A DNA stretch of 64,000 nt from Rotaria socialis. Taxonomy: Eukaryota. The stretch is taken from contig CAJNYD010000132.1 in assembly GCA_905331295.1 (NCBI GenBank), positions 62,001 through 126,000 on the forward strand, read 5' to 3'. How positions within the stretch are numbered: position 1 is the first letter of the stretch; each line of letters starts with the position of its first letter. Position numbers and translations under genes: made by a program. The notes beneath the pieces are model-generated. The model was not told the DNA's origin. It made no database searches and saw nothing but the letters and a program-made list of their open reading frames with translations. Positions 45,401 through 59,800 of the stretch are shown piece after piece.

Positions 45401-45500
45401 AAAAGCTTTACCCAATGAATATTGTATGCCAAGTATCATCTATGGAATACTTATTACGCTCAACAGTTGGTTTGATAAAGTTCGATATCCGACCGATTGA
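42487..45500 (+). CDS. Second SAM-domain sphingomyelin-synthase-family protein, multi-exon
   Basis: SAM domain (WSIKQVEEWL..MNGQRLMNLNEDDV), long S/T/P/Q linker, VDERLP..PPLPDLVLDNV, TSLPV, CGDYLYSGHT, AGHQHYSIDIL, IWFPFFSYFEENV. Stop at 45498-45500. Confidence 0.92.
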
Positions 45501-47058
45501 TTTCTAAGTTTGATTTTCTTTTTGTTTTACATCTATTGATTATCCTTATTACAAGTAGTCTTTCGTTTACTGAAAACTTCATGCTTTTTTTTTAAATTAC
45601 AAATCAAACTTTCTTTTTATGTAATTACTTAATTGAATGCGAAAAACGAAATGTTTCTCAAACCGGTCATATAAATCACATAGGTATATACATCTTAGAA
45701 TTTTATGATTTCTTTTTTTCCTCATTTATATTGCGAACTATATGCCTTCTTTCTTTTTTTTTGTCACAATGTTCCTCATTTTTTTTTCTTCATTATTTGT
45801 TCTCAACAGCACTGAACTAAAAATTCTAGTAAAGACTTTAAGTTTGGCTTTGATCAGTTTCATTCTGTATCTGTATAAAACTTTCATAGTAACTGATTGT
45901 TGTCAGTAACTGTCTATTGTTTGTACAGATTAATGTAGTTATCACTGTGCTCATTTAGTATTTACATGAATAATGAAAATTTAAGTTTTTACATGGATTT
46001 TTAGTTCATGAGAACGATTGTACGACGTACATTCCTTAAGAGATTTATGTCAGATGCTACATCAGACTTCTATATGTTTGTTGCTTTATTCCATAGAAAT
46101 ATTGTGGCTATTTTTCTACATCTATTTCTTTGTATCTTGTATGGTTGAGCTTTTTTTTTTGTTCTCGTTTTTTGTAATCTGGCGAAGAAAAATAATGGAA
46201 ACAATATCGGTAATATCTCTTAAAAGAAAACTCTATTCGCTTTTTTTTCAGATTTCGTAGGAAAAATATTTAATATGACAAAGAAGCAACTGTGCAGAAT
46301 TAGAATTATTTACAACGGCATTTGATTATCGAATAAAAGATTTTTTTATACGAGTCCTACAACTTCCAATTGCAAAACATATTCATGTACACGACCATCG
46401 AATCAAGATTGCTTGAAATGAACGTAGTTAAAGTCGCATTGCACAAGAATTTCTCACGAAAAGTTTCAGTCACATGTGTAGATAGAGTTTGACTGTAGAA
46501 TTCGTGTTGCTGAAATAGTTTTCAGCAATGACATTTTAGATAATAAATCTCTCGATGAAAATTTTAAAGTAGGATTTATAAATTTATGTATAATTATCCA
46601 CAAGTGTTCTCATCCGAACTTTCTTTGCTCATTGATAGTTGTAATACCTTGATATGCTATCGTTTTAACACAAATATGATTTATCTAAGAGTCGATGGAG
46701 ATTTGAATAAAAACTTTTTTTTTCAACTCGATGCTGGACAAGTTCACAGTGAGAATACGAAATTAGATGTGAAAATATATGTTGTAGGAAAAATTAGAAT
46801 TCAACCAGAGATAAATTTTTCAGTCAAAACAATCGAAATTTAATTAGAATAATTATATGTCTTGTCTGTTTTCTCTAAAGCCATTTTGGATTTCAAACTA
46901 ATGATCTAAAGATAAAATCTTCTAACTGATTCATTCATACTTTTATATTGTTAAACAAAACTCGTTTTCTTGACAAAACCCTTTCTTTTAACTTGCACTT
47001 GCCCTTTGAATTATAACTACAATCAGACGTTGAATATGATTTAGACATTTCTTTTATT

Positions 47059-47148
47059 CATACATCGCAGTGTTCTGATAAATCCCGAGGGGGCCGTCCT
47101 TTGCAAATAATGTTTTCGCTGGAATCCTGACAAGCGCTGCGATGTATG
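47059..47148. mobile_element. Very short inverted-repeat element (possible TA-flanked mini-MITE)
   Basis: Perfect 12-bp inverted repeat CATACATCGCAG / CTGCGATGTATG with a degenerate inward extension around a GC-richer core. Confidence 0.5.
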
Positions 47149-48449
47149 CTTTAATTAGATCGCAGCAGTGTTATTCATTTTTATACTAGTTGTCGACATG
47201 ATCATTATCAAAATATTTTTACCTATTTTTTATGTTTCATTCCAGTCTAGTTGAATGTGCGTAATTGTGTAAATTTATCTTTAATCAAATTCTTATATTA
47301 CACAGGCAAAACCGGAATGTTGACTATGGTTAATAGATAATTAGTCAATGTCAGAATTCCAATTTTACTCACGTAAATTCGAATTTCGCCTAAATTCTTG
47401 TAGAGTCTGATAAAGCAAATTAAAGAAGATATCAAGTCAACTTGAACTTTATATGAGGACAAATTTCTATAGTTCGGGTTCGATACGTTTCCTAAGAACT
47501 TTGATTTGAATGTTAATGTTTTCTATAACATATCTGTAATAGAAACTAACGACAACAGTCGTATCTATTCTAGTTAAAAGTATGATGACTCCTCTCATAT
47601 ATGAAGTAAAAATGTATATTATGTATTGATCGAAGCGAAAGTATTTCTATACGTTTGAAATATCTAGTTAGTAGGAATCCTGTACTTCAATTTTTTTTTT
47701 CTGTCGATAATGTTTTCATTTGAATTAACTTGTATGTGCGCTATGTCCACATTGATGTTTATTTCATAAGCATTTTTTATTTTATTCGAGTTTCAAGTCA
47801 CGCAAATTTGATGTACTTTCAAGAGATATTTCTTTTATCTATCTTGTGATGAATCTGATAGATATTATTGTGTTATTGTTCTTGTATATACTTCTTATTA
47901 TTACTGTTAGCGAATCAAAATAGAGAAAACAAGAAGAAACTATACAATCGTGCCTGTTTCTTCTAGGCGAACGAATGCTTATTAATGAGGAGGAAAAGAA
48001 CAACTTCGATATGCTCGCGTGATTCTTCTTTGCTTGTACTTTTTGCTGACAAAACAAGTTTTGCTTTCCTCTTGTTTTCTTTATTTTGATCTTGTCATGT
48101 GATGCTACTCTCGTCGTCTATAAATGCGAACATCGATTGCTTCGTATAAAAGGCATTCTTCGTGAGATATTTTTAGTCAAATTTTTCATTTCTATTTGTT
48201 TGAACCCGACACGTCTTGTCTATCTCATTAAAATCGGCATATATACTCATATTTTCAGAATAGTATATTAATAGCACCACGAAGGTGCATGGCAACGCCC
48301 ATTTATTATTTTTTAATTGCCAACCGAAACTCATCAAATCATTATTTTATCCATTATACATCATTACTCAAAAAAGTTAAGCGAATTTTATTTCAGGAAG
48401 TAAATTGCTGCATGATTAATTCAATATTAAAACGATTACGAACTACAAT

Positions 48450-51187
48450 ATGTTACCTGATGATCCATTGCAAACATCAACATCACCACCATTATCTAAA
48501 ATATCATCGTCACCATCTTTCCAATTAGTTTCAGCCTGTACTGGCAAAAAAAAACGTCGTCAACGTCATGAATCAAATACAACTGATAGTTCATCATCTC
48601 GAACGGTTATTCGTCGTACAACATCATGGCGATGGGTAATTGTATTTGGTTCATTTGGTGTCCATTTTGTTGCCGACGGTCTTCTCTTTTCATTTGGCAT
48701 GCTTATGCATGTAATAAAAGATGATCTTAAACTTGAACTACATACTGTCGGTATCATTGCATCACTATTTGCTAGTTTACCTCTTCTACTAGCACCATTA
48801 TGTAGTGCAATGGTGAACAAAGTTGGATGTCGTTTTATGACAATGCTCGGTGGTTTGCTTTGCACGATTGGTTTGTTCATTGCATCATACTGTGGTAATT
48901 TCGTTGGCGCACTTGTTGGTATTGGAATTATTAGTGGTGAGAAAATACTTAAGAGATGATTATTATCGTTCTATATGCTTGTTTTATATATTGATATAGG
49001 TATCGGTTTATCGTTCGTTTATGTTCCAGCAGTGGTCATTGTAGCACATTATTTTGATGATAATCGTGCTATTGCTACAGCTGTTGCTGTTGGTGGAACT
49101 GGTGTGTATCGTGAAAAAAAAAAGAAATAATCTATTTCCAACGACAAATACAACTTTTTTAATTTTTAGGTATCGGTAATGCTGTTGTTGCACAATTAAT
49201 TCATGTATTAAATGACTATTACGATGATTGGCGAGATACAACATTATTTTTATCCGGTGTACTATTTACAATTGTTCTATTCGGTGCACTTTTTCGTCCT
49301 GCTCAATTTGAATTTCATGAAAAAGATAAAAATTATCATCATACGATGAATGATATACGTTTACCGCCATCATGTATGACATCGATGGAAAAATTGCAAC
49401 GCTTTGTAAATGAAATGGATAAACAATGTGCACTGCGTCAGACAAATCAACAAGTTAGTATATCACTATCAAACAATGAACGATTATCGACAATAATTGA
49501 TGATAATGATTCAATATCCATTGGCAATGAATCCGATCTATTCGATTCATATTCAGCCGATGACATAACAGACATTCAACATGATAATAGTTTAAAAGTT
49601 GATATGACAACATTTCGAGAGAAAATTTCTAATGACATGAGATTTATTAATGAACGATGGAAAAAAATAGCAAAAAAACAAGTAGAAACAGGAGCAAATT
49701 CAAAATTATTTCGTATGCCTAACTTTCGTTATTTAATATCGAATAAAAATAAAGAAAGAAATAATACATTGGTCGTACCAGATCAAAATACGCATGCATT
49801 AATTGAAAAAATTAATCCATTATCTCATTGCACTCATCCTCATAGTTCTACTCATCAGGTTTCTTTTGCAAACGAGCAAAAACAAAATAAGACTTTCATA
49901 CAAACACCATCCGAAGATATGGGTACGAAAAAAGAAACAACTACAAAATCAGGTCAGTATATTTTATTTCAGTCTGGTTTCAGTAGCATAGTTTCTTGTC
50001 TTTTGTTTTTCATTTGTAGAAAACATCGATCTAGTACCGATATCAAATAAAGAGATCATTGTACCAGGAGGACATGCTACGGTTCGTTTTCGTTCTCTTG
50101 CACCAGCTAAGCAAGCAGAACAGTTATTACAAGTTTATTATCAACCAATTAATCAGAAAGATATATTCTATCCTGGAAATGTACCAACAAAATCATTAAA
50201 TAAAAAACAAGCGTTATCAGCAACTAGTTGTCCTGATCTAATTCAGTCGCATTTTTATGAAGAATCTGCAACGTCAATATCAAGTTCATCATCAGAATCT
50301 GAGGATGAAGATAGTTCAATACTCTATCATCGACATCGCCGATTATTGTTCTATCGTAAAGGTTTATCATTTCTTCATACATTACGTCGTATGTTAGGCT
50401 TACAATTATTTCGTGATTACCGTTATGTATTAATATTTATTTCACAATTTCTATTCTATTTATTTTACGATTTAATTTATTTTTTCCCTGGTAAAAAAAG
50501 ACATTAGAATTCTTTATTTGCATATTTCTAATACTAGGATTTATTTATTTTTAGTCGATTATGGAGAAACAGTCATTGGTTATACAAAAAAACAAATGAC
50601 TATGCTAGTTACAATTCTAGGTGTAGGCCAATTTTTTGGGCAACTATTTTTTGGAATCTTAGCTAATTATTCATTTATTGATGAATTAATTCTTTATAAT
50701 ATTGGTGCGATACTTTGTAGTGTTGCAAGCTGTCTTATACCATTTGTTGCTTATTCATATGTTGCATTAATAATGACTATTCTTTTATTTGGACTTGCAG
50801 TGTCAGCAAATTATGCATTAACATCCATTATTCTTGCAAATATGTGTGGTTTAGAATTATTAACATCAGCTTATGGACTCATTTTACTTGGACAAGGTTT
50901 ATCATCTTTATTTGGGCCTATTTTAGGAGGTAAGATAAAATTTAGATTAAAAATACACAAAATAATTTTCACTTCGTTTTTCTTCTTTTTTTTATTAAGG
51001 CTGGATTGCTGAACATTATGGATATAAGACATCATTGATCGTGGCTGGGGTATTTATGGGTTTATCTGGTTGTGTTACAACTATTTTGTATATACTTCAA
51101 TATTTACATGGACGGAAGAAACATAAAAAAACTGACAAGACGGTGAATACAAATATGACGATTATTACGTCAGATAATCTCGAGTGA
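48450..51187 (+). CDS. Monocarboxylate transporter (SLC16/MFS), multi-exon, with large cytoplasmic loop
   Basis: SWRWVIVFGSF, FSFGML, VNKVGCR, PAVVIVAHYFDDNRAIATAVAVGGTGIG, GALFRP, KDIFYPG, ATSCPDL, GLELLTSAYGLILLGQGLSSLFGPILGG. Confidence 0.92.
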
Positions 51188-51504
51188 GATTACATGAAGA
51201 CTAACCATTCCAATATGTATATTGATTGAAGGCATTTGAACTATTATCGATCACGGTGATCTAAATTAAGCAATTATCGCTCTATATTTTTTTCCTTTTA
51301 CATTTTGAATCTCTTCAAATGATCCTCTAGCATTTAGTGTTCTTACAATATTCCTAGTATTCGGTTTCTTTTTCTACGCGCTTTATATTGTAAAATTGCA
51401 GAATAATTATAGCTTACTCAACAGTTCGTGATATCTAATACGTATCGGTGTCTATCGCTATAGTTTTATCGTCTTACATGTGTGTTAAAATAATTCTTAT
51501 TTCA

Positions 51505-51567
51505 ATATATATTTATACATACATACATATATATATATATATAGATATAGATATATATAGATATATA
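51505..51567. repeat. Compound (TA)/(TACA)/(TAGA) microsatellite between convergent genes
   Basis: Direct reading of the sequence. Confidence 0.8.
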
Positions 51568-51806
51568 TTTAAGTTAAAGAAAATGAAAACAAAAAAAACA
51601 GAAAAAAAACGGCAAATATAAAGCATGACAAGACATCAAATACACAAGATAGTGTTGACAAAATGAAACAGGCCGATGTCATGATCTATCTTATACACAT
51701 GTACAAACACATATGAGCGACAATATCCAAGCTTTTTTTAATCAAAATTGAAAAATGAAACAAAGATTTCTCTTTTAAATAAAAATTCATTCATGGCTAG
51801 TAAATA

Positions 51807-54800
51807 TCATCTTTCAAAATTATTTAAACGGCGACCAACCAAATATTTTTCATCACGTACATGTTCAAATAATAGACGAAGTTGTTTGATTTGAAATATA
51901 ACAAATGCTAGCAGAAGCATAAGTGATATTATAGCTGAATATATATAGCGTTCTAATCGATGAACAACATGAGGATTAAATAATGTTGGTGCTACATGTG
52001 ATACAGCTAAATATGGAAATGCCATGAACATTCCAATATTAAGTGTAAATGGTAATAGGAATTCATTAATTAAGAATGCAAAATCTATACGACGCAATCC
52101 ATCTTGATAGAGACGTTCAAGAACTGTTTTTAGACGCCATTGTGGACCACTCATGATAAGTGCTATGAAGAAAAAAAAACATATAATTAATATTGTTCAC
52201 GAAAATTCTTCTTCCGTATTAGTTTAGAATTTAATACGATATTAATTTTAAAATAAATTCAAAAGTAATATAGTCAGATATTTATTGTTCTACTAAGATT
52301 TTTCTATATTCTAACGATCATGGGTTTTTTTGTCATAAATATTTTTCAATAAAACATACTATAATATCAAGGTCAAAAAGCATTTGATAGAGATCACTGA
52401 TTTACAATATAAGTATTTCTATCGTTTTAATTTCTTATGTCGATAAGAATTAATATTATTTACCTATCGTAATTTTTGTATTGAGTAAACCAATAATCCA
52501 AACACGTAATGGTGTAAGTACAGCTGTTTGTTCAATGGATGTACTCAATGGTATAATTAAAACTAGAGGAAAAAAGGATGATGTTTAACTAATATTTTTT
52601 GCAAAATCAGATACGAAAAAATAATTTACCTAATTCACTAGCAAGTCCAATCATAAATGGAACATAACCAATAACACAAAAAGTACAAAGTAAAACACGC
52701 ATACACAAAATGCTGTAAGATTTTAGACGTGTTAGGATATTATTGACATCAAATGGTAGAAGTGATCGAATGAAAAATATAATACGTGTTATAAGCCAAA
52801 GAATATATAAACCAGTAAGTATTGTATATAATTCATGTAATCTTGCTGAACCTGTTATAAAACCAAGAAGAAAACGACCAATAGTTGCCGGTATAGTTAA
52901 ACCAAGGACTGAAAGGAATGCCAATGATAAACAAGTAAATAAACAAAGACCTGCTAGGCGAAGACGAAAAAATGATGGTTCAATAAATGGTTGAGATAAT
53001 GCTAATTGTGCTGGTGCTGGTGCTGGTGCTGGTAATATTTGTACAGGTGGTGCTTGTTCCACTGGGTCATTTTGAGGTTGATCAGGAATAGCAACTATTG
53101 GCATTGGTAAAACGTTATCATTTTGATCAACTTGTGGTGCATTCGTTATAGTCAGTGATGGTGTATCACCCAAAAGAAAAGATCGCAAGCCTAATATCCA
53201 TGATGCCAATTCAACCCACAATTGAAGCTAAAAAAATATTGGTACAATATAAATTTAAATAAAATTTTCTTAATTTACCAAATATTTAAGCATAGTACGT
53301 GTATGTCCTTGTTCAAGTAATGTTGGTAATATTCCTTGTAATAAAATAAATTCTATCATTAATTCGCTAACAACTGTTTCAAGACTTCCTTTAACATTAA
53401 ATGGTAAAAATTTCGGTATACAACGTATTAATAATTCACCAGGAACATAGAACATTAAAATAATTACACAACCGAATATTATTATTGATGATATAAAACG
53501 TCTTAAATGCAGTGCAAGTGGTAATTGAATCATTTCTTGTATAGGATTAAAATCGAGATCATTGATAGATTTTAAAAACCACAAGGCGCCAGGCCGTAAA
53601 ACTTCACGTAGTAGAAATATAAATGTTGCAAAATAGAAAACAAATACCATTCCACATAGCCAATGTAAAAATGTACTTGTTCCTGGGCTTGTTTGAAATT
53701 GTGTTAGACGATCATTCAGTGTTATTGTACGTTCATTTAATATTCTTAATGAGCATACATCAAGCCATATTCCGCATATGAATGGAAAGAGAAGAATTTC
53801 TAGGACAATAAGTAATGCGACTTTTAATACGATATAAGCAAGACCAACGAGACGACGTATACGTGTTAAATAATTAACAAAACTCAATATTGTAAATGAT
53901 ATTAAAAGAAAAAAAGATATGAAAATATAACCAATTAAAGCATTTACGCAACCTGAAATAAAAATCACTCGTATTTAAATCAGACTACAAACAAAAATTT
54001 TACCATAAGTTGTTAAAGTATTGATTGCAGTTTCAAAACGTGTATCGGTAACAGCTTGTTGAAAATTTTTACTTGCTGTTATGATTTTACCAATATGAAA
54101 AGGTGCATATGCAAATATAAGAATAAATAGTGTGTTAAGTGTGACAACCCAAAATACATGTTCTAGAAATTGTAACGAACCATCAAGGCCTAATAATCGT
54201 TCCCATGTTAAATCATCAGCAGCTCGATCCCAATCCATCCAGTTATGGTTATTTTCTTGATTTTGTGCATTTTCGACGATACCAGCTGGTTGAGCAACTA
54301 AATTTGCCTGTTCGTCTTCATCATCGTCATCATTTTCATCGTCTTCATCATTGACAGCATCAACGAAAGCACCTTCTTCGTGCTCAGGTTGATTTTCTAT
54401 TACAAAACAAAACAAATCAACAGAACAAATTCAAATGAAATGACTTACGAGCTACTGGTGGTTCAACATTGTTAGGAGCAAGGGGTTGAGGTAGCAGGAC
54501 AGGAAGTGCCGGCGCAGGATTCAGAAGAGGCAAGTCTTCGATTGGTGCTATCGGTAGAACAAAATTAACAGGTGGTACTACTGCTAACTGTCGAGCTGGC
54601 TCCGGTTCTGCTGGTTGAAGCCAAGCTGGTCCACCACCACTAAGAATTTGTTCTCTCAGCCAAAGTAAACAGATAAAAGCACCAAGTGAACAAAAAACAA
54701 CTAAACCACCTTGCAGCACATCAGTAAATAAATTATCTGTCGAAACAATATCATATGGTAGTGTAAGAATCGAGGATATTGATCCAGCAAAAAGACATCG

Positions 54801-55306
54801 ATATATACGACTGGCTGATATAGGCACAACACCAAGCCAACAAAAAGCAACAATAAGATAATGTAGCCAATATCTTAATGCTTTAAAGAAAGTACGCAAT
54901 AAACCATTGATCAAATCTTTCAATGGTAAGCGACCGGGTGGCATGGATGGATGATAAATAGGGGTAAATCGAAATTTTGTTCCACATAATTCACACTCCT
55001 CTTTTCGTGATACTTTTAACCATTGAATTAAACTATTACAATTAAAAGTAAAAACAATTCATAATTATCGTATGCATTTAATTGTATCGAACAAAATCTT
55101 ACCAATCATCATGAACGTATCGGATACTTCCGTGACATAAACATGGATAGAAGAGTGGTCGATCGACTGCGCCTTCACATCGGCATACACGGCAAATGTC
55201 AACATCTAAAATGTAAGATCCATGTTAAAAACAAAATCATAGATGTCAATACTGATTTTTGTGGTATACCTGCCGCGTCGTTTTCAGCATTAACTTCATT
55301 TGCCAT
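51807..55306 (-). CDS. MARCH6: E3 ubiquitin ligase MARCH6/TEB4 (Doa10 homolog), multi-exon
   Basis: RINGv [106 protein letters not shown]. Confidence 0.96.
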
Positions 55307-55457
55307 TATAAATTTGCCGTTTCAATAAAATAAGCATCTAAAAAATAAACAGAAAATTCCAATGAAAAATTCTGACTAGACTAATTCAACAAGACAAGAA
55401 AAAAAATGAAGATTCAATTAACAACTAATAAAAAAAATCACTACATTAGATATAAAA

Positions 55458-56388
55458 CTAATGTTTTTCCTTATAAGTTTGACGTAAATTTTCAAGCCAA
55501 ACTAATCGATCTTTAGGTTTAGTTTGAAAATATGACTGTTGTAACGATGAATATGTTTCAGTAGCAGGTATTACGTTGCGATACGAATTATCTTCCCAAC
55601 AATCATTGAAACGTTTTAAAACATCAACTACTAACGATTCATCACCATTTAAAACGTCAATAGGTGAAATACGAGGTAATAATGGATATTTCAGTGTTTT
55701 AAATACAAGAACTGATCTTAATGCAAACCAACCACCATATTTTGGATGAAGACATATACCCATCATGTTCTGTACACACAAACAAAACAAAACGAATTTA
55801 AGACACGCAACTTCAGTAAAAAAACGAAAAGATTTACTCGATCTTTAGGAAATGGATCATTTGCGAGTTGTTGACGACTATAAAAACGAGCTGCACCTGC
55901 GACATGACTCACTGTTTGCATGACTATTTTAGGTCTTCGAGTTGGCCATAGCTCGTAGTCAAACATAACATCAATATCACAATCAGGAATATTCTATTAA
56001 ACAAATACGATTAAACTTGAGTGTTAAGAATATCGATCGAAAAAAACCCTAATACTTCTATGACAGATTGAATTTTTTCTTTGACACAACAATCAATTGG
56101 ATCACGTGAAAGGTCTTTGCTGCTGTCAAGTGCATAAGGTAAAAATGTTTTTTCAAACATACTTGGTGTACTAACAACAAGAAAAGCAACTGTATCATCA
56201 TCGTATGTCGATAGACGAAATAATGGATCGACAATAGAATTATACCATGAAATCTAAACAGGATGTTTTTCTTCTATAAACGATAAAAATCCAAATGCGA
56301 AATTATTTACTAGAAAAGGATAAACTTCAAAACCAGGTTCTGTAAGATTATTTTGTAAAAGTGCATAGATTGTATCAAACTCTATCAT
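55458..56388 (-). CDS. MMACHC: Cobalamin-processing enzyme MMACHC (CblC)
   Basis: GFEVYPFL.ISWYN, STPSMFE, DPIDCC, DYELWPTRRPKIVMQTVSHVAGAA, GICLHPKYGGWFALRSV. Four exons joined by short introns. Confidence 0.95.
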
Positions 56389-56545
56389 TCTTTGAAGAAC
56401 CAAATATGGCGATTATAAACCACTAATGTAGAATTTTTGGAAGAAATCTAAAACAAAATGCAAATAGCATGTTTCTTTTTATTGAGATATTGTTCCTTGG
56501 TACTTTGTTCGAAATGATAAAAGTACCTAAGAAATATTATAGCAA

Positions 56546-56822
56546 CCCACGTAAAAAAAAGTGAACCGAAAGTCACTTTTAATAGTAATAAAGTAATTTT
56601 TCTTACTATATGTCACTTTTTAGAGTACTTTCTGATAATCTTTTCACTTCCTGTAGTACTTTATCATACTTTTCTTCCTTTCAAAAGTACTTATCAGTAA
56701 TTTTTAGTCAAAAAATATGAAAAGCGCTTAAAAAAGTTCACTTATAATTACTTTACCCTGCCTAAAACCTAATATTGAAAGTACTTAATAGTCACTTTTT
56801 TGGGTAAAACTCTTTACATGGG
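56546..56822. mobile_element. Putative MITE with CCC termini (CMC/EnSpm-like)
   Basis: Ends CCCACGTAAA / TTTACATGGG, flanked by AA on both sides. Interior is dense in AAAGT(A/G/C) and (T/C)ACTTT motifs. Confidence 0.6.
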
Positions 56823-59800
56823 AAGATACTGATGCAGAAAATCAAAACACATCTATGTCTTTTGTCATTCTTCGAGGAAAAATATATTCTTCCGATAGAA
56901 AACAATCTGGAACACCATGAAATCAATTCAATACACATTCTTATATCGAACTGGTTCGAAAAAGTAAATGAAGAAATTTCGTGCCAAGACAAATGATTAG
57001 AAATTCAAAAATTTCCAAAATAAACTTGATAAGAACACAATAAGAAGAACTTCGTAGATATATCCACGATCAGAAAATACTAACAGGAGTAACGCAAGCA
57101 AATGCGCAATAATGGCGTAAAATATAGGCTAAATATTTTCTATTTCACTAAGCATCAATGTTATACTTTGAGATAAACTAAAAGGTTCAGACCGTTTTTA
57201 GAATAGTGAATAGCTCAGAAACTTGGCTTTTCTTGAGGTACTTATTATTGGAAACATTGGCCGAAGACGGCGAACAACATTTGAGAGCGTATCTGATTGG
57301 ATTTGCATAATGTAACTGGATAAGTAATGAGAGTCATCTATGATATAGATGCCGTATCAGTCAGTGAATTTCACTTCATTTCCTATATGCTCTATCAATT
57401 AAGATACCGCGGAGAGAACAGTTGTTGATGTTGCAAATATTCAACAGCATAAAATTATGAAACCTATCTACTACATATAGCCTGCAATAGAATTAAATTT
57501 AAGTGTTTGTGGTTTAGGCATAGTGCAAAAACGAAAAGTCAAATCAGGAGGAATATTTTCGAAAGTACGACTAAAATATTAATAATCTCTGTACAATTTC
57601 TAACGGAACGCAGTTAAAATGTTAAAAAAAACGTAGTTAACAACAAAGAGAAAATAAATGAATTGAAGAAGAGTAAAACAAACACGCAGATATTACTAGC
57701 TCGAGGAAAAAACATAAATTAAGATGCATGAAATTACAACCTATGAATGAACTTGTTTTTTTTCACGTGTACGAAATACATGAGGCGAGATTATTAACAT
57801 TTTGAAAGTTATACGATTGTCTTTTCGTTTCAATACACTTTGAATAACGAATTATTAGAGCATTTATGAAATTGAACTCATAGACAAAAAAGTTTCAGGG
57901 TGCACTTGATGGAATTGCACTTCTTCAGTTTCGTTGCATGGGACCGTAGCAAGTCACTGGGCGACTTTCTCTAAGATCGAAATGGAATCAAAGAATCTCT
58001 TAGAACGTCATAGACCTTTCACAGAAAACTCATCATGGACCGAGAGTCGTTTGCTCATATATTGAATAGTAATTTCTTATCTTTTTCGTTAGTATCGGAA
58101 AGATTTTTCGACAACAGTTCAGTTATCTACATCCAAATCATCATGATCAGACTCAATGTTTAATACAGAAGTTATATGATTATTGTTACCAGTATTCGTG
58201 AATGTATTTTTCATTATAAAAAATGATCAAAATTGCAAAAACTTTTCGTTAACATTACTTCCTCACATCGAAGCTTTTAAACTGGCGTCCTCTATATATA
58301 TGCCGTATAGTTTTTTATGCTTAAATTTCTCGTTACCCAACATCTCAATTAATATTGTTGATTCGAACAAGGTCTGCCATTCACACTCACTACGCTGTCA
58401 ATATATTGGTTGGCATGTATTGCCATTAGAAGTAACCCACTTTGAGTACTGCCATTCTGATGATTGTTCTTTTACTTACTATCAGAAATGCAAAAGTTTT
58501 TCGCAGATTTTCTAACAATTTTTTTTAACTGACAGAATAAACCTATAATAAATTGTAAATTTAATTTTCAGAACAAGTCATACACACATTTACTAGGAAG
58601 TATTCTAAAGGTTGAGTATTTCATTTAGCATAAAAAAAACAATTTTGCAATTAATACTTAAATACATCGGTGTCTCCTCTGTAAATTAATAAATCAATTA
58701 AACGGATTCTTCACTAGACGAGTCTGAATAGTTTGAAAGAAGCTACATTTAAACATCGATTATTTCCTATTATTTTAAGTTTTTGTAAACAAAGTTAAAT
58801 TTTTAGTTATAATAACTAATAGAGTGAGTTTATGAATATTTCAGACACGAGTAAATTGTGCTCATGTATCAACGATGTCTTGTTAATGGAAATTTTACAG
58901 AACATCTTTCTTATGTGTACTGAATCATTCGATGATGCGCTATAAAAATTTCGACAACATGTCGACTATGGCGACAGTTGATTTTTAACTCATGAACAAT
59001 CGAACATTATTGGAAATTCGACAATGAACATCGTAGAAAAGGTCTAGTTCTATGGTGGAATTTAAATTCAATTGATAGCAATCAGAGCAATCCTTTTGCA
59101 AGCTTTCCAACTGTTGACTGTTTCCTTGGAAAATGTACTTCTGTAACATCCGGTAGTGAAAATTCTGAACCAATTTAGATCAACGATTCTCAATACATTA
59201 TTAATAGAGACTCTGATTATAGTTTAGCTTTTTGGCTGCTAACCACTGAAACGGGTGGTTATTATTTACCTTTTTAGGGCTAGTTTAGAAAAAATATATT
59301 GTCATCAAGAGTTAATTCACTCGCGTAAGTATAGCATTGTTGATATCTGATCGAAACATAAATTGATGAATTTCAAGAGAATATAATTAGTATCTTGGTA
59401 GCATATGAATTTTGATGATGAATTCGATTTTTGTTTTGCAGAAGTATAATAGAAATCTACTTTTATATTTATTATGATGTAGCAAATGAACCTCTTTGTA
59501 AATTTATGGGGAGTGATGACAATTGGAACTATGCGCGTCCAGCTGGGGTATGTATAGACGATAAAAACTCTCTGTCGATAGCATTTACATCATCAGCCAA
59601 AAGCTATGGATTAAGGGTCAAATGGCGTTAGCTGCTTCAGTACCCATAGCTGCCTATAGTACCACAGCCACTGTTTCATCTTACTTATGGAGTAAATGGA
59701 ATCGCTCTTTAGCAGATGTATCAGTGTGGTCACGATGTTTGTCACACAATAGAAATTAAAACATTCTATGAACAGAAAACATCGATCGACAAAATCAAAA

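Noticed and set aside
57291..57312. CCAAT box plus octamer (CTGATTGGATTTGCAT), as in snRNA or histone promoters
   Set aside because: No snRNA, SL RNA or histone gene recognised nearby.
59431..59631. RPAGVCIDDKNSLSIA resembling an NHL repeat
   Set aside because: Single weak repeat with no supporting gene structure. At most a pseudogene trace.
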